DNA of 20,000 bases from an uncultured virus (IMG/VR IMGVR_UViG_3300031687_000005) (Duplodnaviria > Heunggongvirae > Uroviricota > Caudoviricetes): the IMG/VR virus record IMGVR_UViG_3300031687_000005. One strand, given 5' to 3'. Shown here in pieces: positions 1 through 8,655 of this stretch (position 1 is its first letter; each line of letters starts with the position of its first letter). The position numbers and the translations under genes were made by a program. The notes under the pieces were generated by a model that was not told the DNA's origin, searched no databases, and saw only the letters and a list, made by a program, of their open reading frames with translations.

Positions 1-1506
1 GTAAGAGACTTTATGTTCTTGCATGGTAATATGTTCTATGACCCTAAAGCTAAAGTTTGGAATACTCTTTCGTGGGCTGGAGACGATAAAGCTTTAGAGC
101 ACTCTTATATAAGCGACGAAAAAGTTACTGATTCTAGATATTCTGGATTAAAGCATATAAGGTCAAACGAAGGAGATGCAAGTCTTAAAGATTATAAGTT
201 AGCGTTCTCAGGATTTAATGATAAGACTGCAGAAATAGATGCAGCAATGTCAAGCCTTGGAGATAATCATATAAATGCTAGGAAGTTTTTACAGAAAGTT
301 GTCAAGGAAGGATTCTTACTTAAAGAAAAGAGTCTTACTGTGAGTGATAAGACTATAAGGGTGTTGAACAGACAACCAGAGAAAGTTTTAGCTAACTTCT
401 TCACTCAATGGACTATGTATATCGCATTAGGATTTAACATTCCTGCTGCAAAAGGTAACGTGTTGATTGGTAAGTATAACGCTTATAGACAAGCTGGTGG
501 TAAAGCCTTAATAAAAGGTGAGGCTAGATACTGGGGATTAAGTAGCGATAAGATTTACGACAACCCTGCTAGGCTTAAAGCCCGTAAGATGATTGACGAA
601 CTAGGTATACTTACATATCGTGCTGAGGAATTAGCCGAAGGTTTAGGTGCAAGTTCTTTAAGCTCTCTTATCTTCTACCCTATGGTAGCTGCAGAGAACT
701 GGATACAACAAGCACAATTCTTAGGTCAATTAACTCAGAAACAATGGGATGGTTACTTCATAGACAAGAACGGAGACCTTAAATTTAATGGAGCAGAAGA
801 AGACAGACTAACTCAACAGGATGTAGCTGACTTAGAAAGGAAGGTAATTGATGTACAAGGTAGAGGATATTCTGAAACTGATGTACGTTACATACAATTG
901 TTCTCTCTTGGTACAATGGCTATGCAATTCAAGAGATGGTTTCCAACTTTCTTAGCTGATAGATTTAAAAACGAAGACGTAGATGACTTAGGTAATTTAC
1001 GTATGGGCTCAGTAATAGGAGCTAGAAAGTTTATAAGCAGAATGCATAAGGAAGGGAAGTTGTGGAAGTTTAGCGAGTTCAAGAAAGAACTTGATGAGAA
1101 CTTCAAGCCACACGAACGTGAGGCTGTGATGAGAGTATTCTATGGGACTAACGGTATTATGGTTGCTTCTTTATTGTATGCTATAGCTATTGCTAGCAGT
1201 GATGATGACGAGCCAGAAGATGAAACCGCTAAGTTGTTTGAGAAGCTTTTAGGAGATATGCTTTTATTAGGTAATGTTCCAAGGCTTACATACATGACTA
1301 ACATACCTGCCGTTGATACGATAGAGAATTTAGCTCTTGCACTTTACCATACTGCAGTTCAAACTGAATACCAGCGTAAGGCTAAGTATGGAGATAAAGG
1401 AGACTTAAAAGCTGTAGCAAACTTTGCAAGGTTATTACCAGCTCCTCTTAGAAAACCTCTACAATTAGAGAGTAATAAAAGCAAAAAAAGAAGAACCTTA
1501 AATTAA
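1..1506 (+). CDS. C-terminal part of a very large, probably virion-associated (cargo/ejection-type) protein; 5'-truncated
   Basis: The frame is open from base 1 (GTA AGA GAC TTT ATG...), so the gene likely starts upstream of the window. Helical composition, a late hydrophobic stretch (GIMVASLLYAIAIAS) and a 'MQFKRWFP...DRF' segment recall the ends of giant podovirus/crAss-like cargo proteins (recalled similarity, not searched). Confidence 0.5.
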   Translation, partial: VRDFMFLHGNMFYDPKAKVWNTLSWAGDDKALEHSYISDEKVTDSRYSGLKHIRSNEGDASLKDYKLAFSGFNDKTAEIDAAMSSLGDNHINARKFLQKVVKEGFLLKEKSLTVSDKTIRVLNRQPEKVLANFFTQWTMYIALGFNIPAAKGNVLIGKYNAYRQAGGKALIKGEARYWGLSSDKIYDNPARLKARKMIDELGILTYRAEELAEGLGASSLSSLIFYPMVAAENWIQQAQFLGQLTQKQWDGYFIDKNGDLKFNGAEEDRLTQQDVADLERKVIDVQGRGYSETDVRYIQLFSLGTMAMQFKRWFPTFLADRFKNEDVDDLGNLRMGSVIGARKFISRMHKEGKLWKFSEFKKELDENFKPHEREAVMRVFYGTNGIMVASLLYAIAIASSDDDEPEDETAKLFEKLLGDMLLLGNVPRLTYMTNIPAVDTIENLALALYHTAVQTEYQRKAKYGDKGDLKAVANFARLLPAPLRKPLQLESNKSKKRRTLN

Positions 1507-1514
1507 ACGACAAC

Positions 1515-1566
1515 ATATACGCTTTGTCTATACAACCAAAAAAGAATGTATAGATAAAGTGTATAT
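1515..1566 (+). terminator. 20-bp intergenic stem-loop (terminator or processing hairpin)
   Basis: ATATACGCTTTGTCTATACA (1515-1534) pairs with TGTATAGATAAAGTGTATAT (1547-1566), with two G:U pairs on the + RNA and a 12-nt loop, directly after the stop at 1506. Confidence 0.6.
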
Positions 1567-1569
1567 TTG
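1562..1569 (+). promoter_or_regulatory. Bacteroidota-type -7 promoter box (TAnnTTTG)
   Basis: TATATTTG ends 16 nt before the ATG at 1586. No clear -33 TTTG at canonical spacing. Confidence 0.45.
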
Positions 1570-1585
1570 TGTAAAACATAATTGA

Positions 1586-2167
1586 ATGGCTTTAGAATTA
1601 AATACCGACATAGCTGTAGAGCTTAATATAACGGCCAGAAGAGGCGACACCTTTGAAATGAAGTTAGCAGTCGTTGATTCTGCGGACACTAACTTGCCTT
1701 ATAATTTAGCTGGAACTCAAACTTCAGCTCCAGCTGATACTACCAACGGGTATGTTACTATATACCAAGGTAAAATAACCATCAAGAAGCTTGGTTCAGA
1801 ATTTGAAGCTCTTAATGTTTATAGTTATTTCTGGAAAGACAAACCAACAATTAACAAGATACCTACACTAATAAAGACGGGTCATTGGTCTGGAGAGAAC
1901 GCTACAGGTAATGGCTTATTAGCTCTAGGTAGTACTACTGCTAGCTATTCTGGTATATGGTTTAAGGATAGTACAGGAGTTGCTGGAGATACAATATCTG
2001 TCTCAATTCCAGGTGCTTACATGAACTTAGAAGCAGGGGTTTATGTGTATGATTTTCAAACTAGAAAGAAGGGTGTTTACGATAATGCTAACTCCGAACT
2101 AGGAACTGCATATACAACATGGATGTATGGTACGTTTACTATAGTAGATGAAATAACAAAGCAATGA
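1586..2167 (+). CDS. Putative tail/baseplate beta-sandwich protein (paralog 1 of 3)
   Basis: 193 aa. N-terminal 'NITARRGDTF' and C-terminal 'NLEAGVYVYDFQ...TWMYGTFTI' motifs are shared with 10877 and 11461, and resemble BppU-N-like phage proteins. Confidence 0.55.
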   Translation: MALELNTDIAVELNITARRGDTFEMKLAVVDSADTNLPYNLAGTQTSAPADTTNGYVTIYQGKITIKKLGSEFEALNVYSYFWKDKPTINKIPTLIKTGHWSGENATGNGLLALGSTTASYSGIWFKDSTGVAGDTISVSIPGAYMNLEAGVYVYDFQTRKKGVYDNANSELGTAYTTWMYGTFTIVDEITKQ

Positions 2168-2688
2168 CATTAATAATAAACCCAATAACTCAGTCTCAGA
2201 CTATATCTATAAACTCTTTTGGTATAGGGTTAAACTCTCTACCGAATGGTTCTCTTGAGAGTTTGATGGAACTTAAGTACGCCTTTGAAGGGTGGCCCTC
2301 TATTCCGTCTAACGTATCTTATGGTGATGTTGTTGTTTTCAATAACATAGTACCAGCAAATGTAAACCCTTATGGGGTTGAATTAGAGAAGGCTAATACT
2401 AGCACACCAGGTCATGCTAATAAAACTATGATGGTGTTTATTAGTCACGAGAGTGGAGTTCTTACGTTAATGCATAAAGGTTATATTGATTTTACTACTA
2501 TAACAGAAAGCTCTCTTAGCTCTTACGCTCAAGGTGACGGTTTATATGTGAACGGAAGTAATATAGCTATAAGCCCACCCCAAACTACAGGTAGTTGGGT
2601 TAAGTCTATAGGGTTTTGTATGCCGAACATGGAAGGAGTTTACAGAATCTGGTTTGAATCAGACAGTACGTATTTTACAATAGGATAA
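2164..2688 (+). CDS. Putative virion structural/fibre accessory protein
   Basis: 174 aa, ATGA overlap with the upstream gene. C-terminal 'GDGLYV...PPQTTGSWVKSIGFC...IWF' resembles small beta-rich capsid/fibre accessory domains. Confidence 0.45.
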   Translation: MTLIINPITQSQTISINSFGIGLNSLPNGSLESLMELKYAFEGWPSIPSNVSYGDVVVFNNIVPANVNPYGVELEKANTSTPGHANKTMMVFISHESGVLTLMHKGYIDFTTITESSLSSYAQGDGLYVNGSNIAISPPQTTGSWVKSIGFCMPNMEGVYRIWFESDSTYFTIG

Positions 2689-2711
2689 ACTAATTATTAA
2701 AAATAAACACA

Positions 2712-5700
2712 ATGGCTAAATACCCAAAAATTACAGGTAACATATCTGGAGCTTCAAAATTTGATAGACTAAAGTCCCCTCTTTACGGGCTACCTGCTCA
2801 CTCGGGAGGTATAAACGAAAACTACTTAGTTAAAAAGCTAACAGATTCTGCAGGTAATGAAACTGTATTCGCTTTAGTTATAATTGAGAGTAGTGGTGAT
2901 TCAGGTTCTTTCTTGAATGTTAGTGCTATTAACTTAAAGGATGAGTCTGACGTTTTAACTCAGTCAGGTACAGGAGCTAACAATGCAACTCAAAATGATT
3001 TGTTTTGCCTTACACCTCTTAAGAGGATAGGTAGTGACTCATATACTGTTACCGCACCTTATATGGCTAGTCAGTTATCTAATATGTCTGTAGAAAATCT
3101 ATATAGTACATTAGCTACAGATTCAGAGTACGTAGCAACAGACCTTAATACTGAGGCTGACGGAGCTGGTTCATTTATGAAATTCTCTTTAACTTCTGAG
3201 AAAAAGATTGTATGGGAGGCGGAAGGAAAAGCTTTATCTGCTTGCGCTGCTGTTATACCTGTTTATACTCACGCTTATGTAGTTGCTAATCCTATACCTT
3301 CAGGTTCTTATGCTGCAATATTGGTTAAATGTAATACTTTAGGTACGTCTATATTTGACGGTTCTAAAACTAATACATTAACAATAAGTCATGATGGCGA
3401 TATAACTGGTCAAGCCTCTAATTCTGATTACTCTTTAACTCTTAGCATTAATGCTGAGAATCTATTTGAATTATCTGCAACATTTAATGGTTCTCCAGTA
3501 GTTCATGGAGGCACAACAGCTCTTCAGGTACAAAGAATGATGTATGTACCTGATGATGCTTATAGTGGATATACATGGCCTACCAATTATCTTTCTAATA
3601 GTCTTTACAATTCCCAGAATAGTAATTCTATAGGGTCTCCAAGTACAGAAACGGAAGGACCTTTAACTCCTTCAGGTAGTGAACTTACCCCTACGCAGTA
3701 TAATAATATTATTGCTGGAGCAGGTCAACACATGAGTGACCCCGATATATTAGAAGCTATGTTCTCTAACGGAGTTAGTACTTTTGACAGTGCTGGTTTA
3801 ATCTTAAGAGATGGCTCACCTTTCCCTGAAGCTTTCTTGGCATCGTCTTCACAGAAAGACGGTGACTTATTAGTTCAATCGAGTCAAGGTTTATCAACTA
3901 ATATATCCATAGCTTCAGGTTCATCGTTCACTCAGAGTATCAAGCAAGGATTTTCTTCTACTATAGCTAGTCAGGGTACGATGGAGAAAGTTGACGGTAA
4001 AACATACGAAAACTTCTCGTTAGCCACAGCTACAAAGGAAGATACATCTTCATACCTTTTAGACCCACAATCTACTCCAGGTAAGGAGACTGTTGTTATT
4101 GATGTTAAGATACCGTACGCAGTATATCCTATATTCTCGTATTCAGCAGCAACAATAGCCAGAGAAGGTTTGTTAGCTAATAGTAGAGCAGAATTTCCTG
4201 CGGCTGCTATAGTAGCTGGGGCTTCTAATATGAATTTCAATATTCATTCTGGAGATGTTCACAACTCTTTTGATGCGCTTGGAGTGACTACAATCTCTCC
4301 TGTAAATACAGCTAAAGCTTACAGCGCTGTAAAGAATCATACTGCGGCTGACACTAAAATGAAGCTTGTACATAACGTAAGAATAAACTGCTTTAACGAT
4401 AACGACATACTAGATAGAAACGGTTTAGTAGGACCTGCTATATATGGTAATGACTCTAGTACTGTTAGTACGGCTAGAGCTGCTTCCAGTGAAGATGCTT
4501 TTGACACAACGTCAGCTATTGTAGCTACAAACCTTGTACCAACAAATGGTAGTCTTGATTATACTATTCTTTCAACTGTTGATTCTACTGAATCTAAAGT
4601 TGGTTTTTTAGGTAGGAATGCGGACGGCTCTTATGTTGGTCATGAATCTCAAGGATACAACAAGGTAGATACTGTATTCTCAGCTCCAATTACTTGCTGG
4701 AAGCCAGGTCGGTCTGAGGGCGCTTCTATCAATTTTGATAGAGTTCCTTACTTCAATGATATAGGTGCTACTCCTTCTAAGCTAACATTAACTACTGGAT
4801 ACTACAGTTCTAGACCTTTATTCCATCTTGGGTATCAAGGTGTGGGTGTTATGCCCGTAAGTAGGTTTGAGTTTTTAGGACCAAACACGGTTGTGTCTGG
4901 TGCGGTAACTCCATTAACAGGATATGCTCCTACAGGTAATGATTTAAATAATGGATTGTTCGATTACGGAACTGAAGTATATAGACAAGTGTCTGATGCT
5001 TTCTCTTCTACTGCTAGTGGAACTACATTCACTCACGTATCTAACGGAGCGACTCTACCAACTTCTTATGTAGAAGACATGGAGATATTTGATGTTCCGT
5101 CATCTGTAATTACAGACACTACACAAAGAAAGTTTGTTGGTACTGTAACTGCGGGGTCTAATTCTACTAAAACAACAATGACTATAAAGGATGTGAGTGG
5201 AACGCTTATAGCGGCAAACAACCTTTCTTCTACATTTACATTTAAAATAGGTAAACCAACTTTCGCTGCTAACTCTAGAAACACAAGCTTCACGCATGCT
5301 GTTGATGCTGTTAGAGGTACAGAAGGAGAAAGAGATAGAGTTAATTCTATTTATGGTTCTGATTTATCTTATAGAGCTCACACTACAGAGACATACATTA
5401 AGTTGAATGATGAAGTAGTTGTCAGTTCAATAGGTACAGAAGCTAACGTAAATTCTTTACACGCTGGTAGTAGCTCTGCTGCTAATCAGAAATTCTCATG
5501 CAACTCTAATAGTGTTCTTGCTACTGCTGGTACAAGTTCTCTTGATATAGTTAATTACTCTCCTGAAGAGGTTGGTATTGAAATCAATACATCTACAATG
5601 CTTAGTGCTAGATATTACGACTCTTCCGCACATTTAGATGTTTACGGTGGGACTGAATGTCAAATGTTCTACAAGACATTAACTTCTGATGACTTCGCTG

Positions 5701-6317
5701 GTTCGGCATATTCAAAGACTCTTACCTTCTATCCATTTAACGAAGGAGAGGAAGATGTGTTTATATCTCACGCAGAATTAACTGACCCATATTACCTACC
5801 TCAAGGAGTATTTACTAGTCAACCTGCTGGCTCATTACAAGCTACATGGACATTAACTGCTACTTCTACTAGAGAGGGTGATAACAATAAGGCGTATACT
5901 AAAGCTGCTCCATTAACGGGAGCTTCTAAAGACCCATCAGATGCAGGTCATCTTGCTAGTGAAGGTACTTTACATAAACTTCAAAAAAGAATGGGTACAA
6001 ATGCTGAGCCTTGGAATAATAATAATTCAACATCCTCTAAAATAGACGTAGGTTTCTCTGTTGATACCAATAACTATGTTACTGGTAGCTACTATAAAGT
6101 ATTAGAGATTAACTACTATAGAGATATATCTGCTAATCAGAGGTATTGGAATGGTTCTTCTTGGGTTATGAGAGAGTTTGGAAATCAAAATGTTTGGAAA
6201 ACTAGAAAGTTAATCAAAGTTGATATAAATGCTTCTTCTGGAATAACGTTAAGTGATGTAGATGAGAATAGTTTAACTGAAAGTTCTACAATATTATTCG
6301 GTACTATTAACGCATAA
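2712..6317 (+). CDS. Large Ser/Thr/Gly-rich virion (tail) protein
   Basis: 1201-aa ORF with beta-rich composition inside the structural block. No recognisable catalytic motif. Confidence 0.55.
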   Translation: MAKYPKITGNISGASKFDRLKSPLYGLPAHSGGINENYLVKKLTDSAGNETVFALVIIESSGDSGSFLNVSAINLKDESDVLTQSGTGANNATQNDLFCLTPLKRIGSDSYTVTAPYMASQLSNMSVENLYSTLATDSEYVATDLNTEADGAGSFMKFSLTSEKKIVWEAEGKALSACAAVIPVYTHAYVVANPIPSGSYAAILVKCNTLGTSIFDGSKTNTLTISHDGDITGQASNSDYSLTLSINAENLFELSATFNGSPVVHGGTTALQVQRMMYVPDDAYSGYTWPTNYLSNSLYNSQNSNSIGSPSTETEGPLTPSGSELTPTQYNNIIAGAGQHMSDPDILEAMFSNGVSTFDSAGLILRDGSPFPEAFLASSSQKDGDLLVQSSQGLSTNISIASGSSFTQSIKQGFSSTIASQGTMEKVDGKTYENFSLATATKEDTSSYLLDPQSTPGKETVVIDVKIPYAVYPIFSYSAATIAREGLLANSRAEFPAAAIVAGASNMNFNIHSGDVHNSFDALGVTTISPVNTAKAYSAVKNHTAADTKMKLVHNVRINCFNDNDILDRNGLVGPAIYGNDSSTVSTARAASSEDAFDTTSAIVATNLVPTNGSLDYTILSTVDSTESKVGFLGRNADGSYVGHESQGYNKVDTVFSAPITCWKPGRSEGASINFDRVPYFNDIGATPSKLTLTTGYYSSRPLFHLGYQGVGVMPVSRFEFLGPNTVVSGAVTPLTGYAPTGNDLNNGLFDYGTEVYRQVSDAFSSTASGTTFTHVSNGATLPTSYVEDMEIFDVPSSVITDTTQRKFVGTVTAGSNSTKTTMTIKDVSGTLIAANNLSSTFTFKIGKPTFAANSRNTSFTHAVDAVRGTEGERDRVNSIYGSDLSYRAHTTETYIKLNDEVVVSSIGTEANVNSLHAGSSSAANQKFSCNSNSVLATAGTSSLDIVNYSPEEVGIEINTSTMLSARYYDSSAHLDVYGGTECQMFYKTLTSDDFAGSAYSKTLTFYPFNEGEEDVFISHAELTDPYYLPQGVFTSQPAGSLQATWTLTATSTREGDNNKAYTKAAPLTGASKDPSDAGHLASEGTLHKLQKRMGTNAEPWNNNNSTSSKIDVGFSVDTNNYVTGSYYKVLEINYYRDISANQRYWNGSSWVMREFGNQNVWKTRKLIKVDINASSGITLSDVDENSLTESSTILFGTINA

Positions 6318-6326
6318 AACAACGAC

Positions 6327-6872
6327 ATGGCTCAAACAAGTATAGAATATACTGAGTACGGTCAGCAATATATAACCCTTCCTCTGGTGATTAAAAACAC
6401 CATGGGCGGGGTAATTGTTGTTAGTAAGGTTTATGTACAGAACATTTTCTTGCCAGAATCGGCTGTATCACAAGATGATTTGGTTTTAACCATAAATGAA
6501 AGTAACTCTGATTACTCAGAGGTTGAACAGAATTCAACAACCGACTACAAGGTTGTACACCCTAATGGGTTTAATGGAGCTTATGATGGCAACTTCAAAG
6601 TTGAACGAGTAATATCTTTAGGTATAAGCACTTCCTTTACTTTTCAGGTTGTATTTAACCCAAATCTTAGTAGGCATATAATAAATAGAGGTAACTTTGT
6701 AGGAAAGGTTGTGGTAGAGTATTCTATATATGGAATAGCTCAACCTAATTTCGAACTCAACTTAGAAGCATCGTGCTCAGATAAATCTATTACATTATTT
6801 AGCGGAGTACCTTATGGTAGCGTAAGTAATGTATTTGGAATAGCAGTAAACAACGTAAGAAACTTAAACTAA
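6327..6872 (+). CDS. Hypothetical structural protein (beta-rich)
   Basis: 181-aa ORF tightly packed in the operon; its stop overlaps the next ATG (TAATG). Confidence 0.55.
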   Translation: MAQTSIEYTEYGQQYITLPLVIKNTMGGVIVVSKVYVQNIFLPESAVSQDDLVLTINESNSDYSEVEQNSTTDYKVVHPNGFNGAYDGNFKVERVISLGISTSFTFQVVFNPNLSRHIINRGNFVGKVVVEYSIYGIAQPNFELNLEASCSDKSITLFSGVPYGSVSNVFGIAVNNVRNLN

Positions 6873-7990
6873 TGTTAGCAATAGGAGATTCAAAATTCGG
6901 AGGAACAGTGTTCTACTACAACCCTGATGACGATTTTTGTCTTGTCCTTGCTGATGTTGAGGTAACTGGACAACCTTTTAACGCAGACAACTCATTATCT
7001 GCTATAAATATGCCCGTCGAACAGACAGGGTTTTATCAGGGTTATACTAATTCATTAGTTATATACCCTTACCTTAGTTCTGGCGACGTACTTCATACTG
7101 TAATGAATAGCTCTGAAGGTGGGTATACTGATTGGTACTTACCAACCTTTACTGAATTGATGTACATTTTTACATCAAATGCCCTACCTGCTTTTAGTTA
7201 CGGTGTTCATTACACTGACGCTTACGTCTCTTCAAGTCTTGATTCTGCCACGAACGGATTTACATACGGTGTAGAATATTCAGGTAATTATGGCTCTCTT
7301 GTTTCCGTTAACTTCACCGAATCAACAAATGTTCGTGCTAAGATGATTAGAACTCAATCACTAACGAGTGTTGCTATACATGATGTAGATGAGTCTAAGC
7401 TGTATGGTGATTCTGAACTTTCGTTTGGGTTTATAACTCAAGATAGTGTACCTATTGATGCTGTAGATTTAACCACTCAAACTATAACAATACATACAGA
7501 TGAGCCTACCAGTATAATACTATCGACTTATATAAATGTTGATAAGTTAGAGTTTGACGAACAGCCAACTCCTGTTAATATTTTTGGAAGTATTCCTTTC
7601 TTGAAGAGCGTTGTTGATGATAGTGGAAGGGTATTCCACCCAAACCCCAATCTTACATCCACCCTTTATACTATAGAAAATGCCACTGCTTATCAGGTAA
7701 CTTTAGATAAAGCGATTCATTACGGTTTTGATATTGTAGGAGAAAGTTTAGCTGGTAATTTTAGCTTTACCATACCTGAAGGTGCTAGCTTCCTTCCTTT
7801 TATGGCTGAAACAACTATGTTTATAGCTTCAGGAAGAAACCCTTTATTTGGTAGAAGTGTTGTAAATAAGATAGATAAGCTAATAGACCTTCAAAGTGGA
7901 ATGACATTCCCTGGTCAACTTAAAAAACTTGTACCTGGTAGGGGTTATATAATAAATACCACAGATTCAATAACCGTAAAATTCAAGTAG
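6872..7990 (+). CDS. Tail protein with N-terminal DUF1566/Lcl-like (C-type lectin fold) domain
   Basis: 'IGDSKFGGTVFY...GGYTDWYLPTFTEL...YVSSS...VR' matches the DUF1566-type G(G)xVFY / DWxLPSxxEL / YWSSS / VRxVR pattern. Confidence 0.6.
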   Translation: MLAIGDSKFGGTVFYYNPDDDFCLVLADVEVTGQPFNADNSLSAINMPVEQTGFYQGYTNSLVIYPYLSSGDVLHTVMNSSEGGYTDWYLPTFTELMYIFTSNALPAFSYGVHYTDAYVSSSLDSATNGFTYGVEYSGNYGSLVSVNFTESTNVRAKMIRTQSLTSVAIHDVDESKLYGDSELSFGFITQDSVPIDAVDLTTQTITIHTDEPTSIILSTYINVDKLEFDEQPTPVNIFGSIPFLKSVVDDSGRVFHPNPNLTSTLYTIENATAYQVTLDKAIHYGFDIVGESLAGNFSFTIPEGASFLPFMAETTMFIASGRNPLFGRSVVNKIDKLIDLQSGMTFPGQLKKLVPGRGYIINTTDSITVKFK

Positions 7991-7991
7991 T

Positions 7992-8654
7992 ATGCTGAAT
8001 ATAAACTACCCTTTAGAGGTGACTGAAAACGAAGGAATTCATAGAATTAGAATCACTAAAGAGTCTTTAATTCTTGCTATATCTCAAATGCCTGAACATA
8101 CGTCTATAGGCGTTATGAGTAATGCTTTGATTGATGTATTTAGAGCTGCTGAAGCTGGCATAGAGGTTGAGTGGGTTAGCGGTGCTGTAGACAAGAACTA
8201 CGAGCTTATGCACTCTATATTCATGGGTACGGCTTCAGGGGTGGGTTATGGTTTGTTTGACGCTTGGGATAGAAAAGATTATCAGAACATATACAACGCT
8301 AAAAGAGATATACTATTAGTAACTGATGTTATATATACTGTAGTTATTAAGGATAGTTATACTAATGTGCTTGGTGGGTTTGAACCTTTTACAGCGAAGT
8401 TAGCAATAAAAAAAGATTTCTACATACTTCCTTTGACTCCAGCTAAAGGACTTGGGCATATACACTTAAGTATTACGCAAAACGATGGCTCTGTTTATGG
8501 TAAGTATAAAATAGCAAATAAATACCTTTTCTTTACATCTAAACAATACTTAAACTCATCACCTAGTTACAACTTTCTTATAGGTCTTAATCAAAACCCT
8601 ATAGACAGGGATATGAAAGGATTTGTAATCTTAGATGTTTTAAAAACTAACTAA
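7992..8654 (+). CDS. Hypothetical protein (structural block)
   Basis: 220-aa ORF, 1 nt from each neighbour. Confidence 0.55.
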   Translation: MLNINYPLEVTENEGIHRIRITKESLILAISQMPEHTSIGVMSNALIDVFRAAEAGIEVEWVSGAVDKNYELMHSIFMGTASGVGYGLFDAWDRKDYQNIYNAKRDILLVTDVIYTVVIKDSYTNVLGGFEPFTAKLAIKKDFYILPLTPAKGLGHIHLSITQNDGSVYGKYKIANKYLFFTSKQYLNSSPSYNFLIGLNQNPIDRDMKGFVILDVLKTN

Positions 8655-8655
8655 C

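Noticed and set aside
1..1506. Calling the first ORF a virion RNA polymerase
   Set aside because: No DxDxD catalytic context is recognisable in the visible fragment, and only the C-terminus is in the window.
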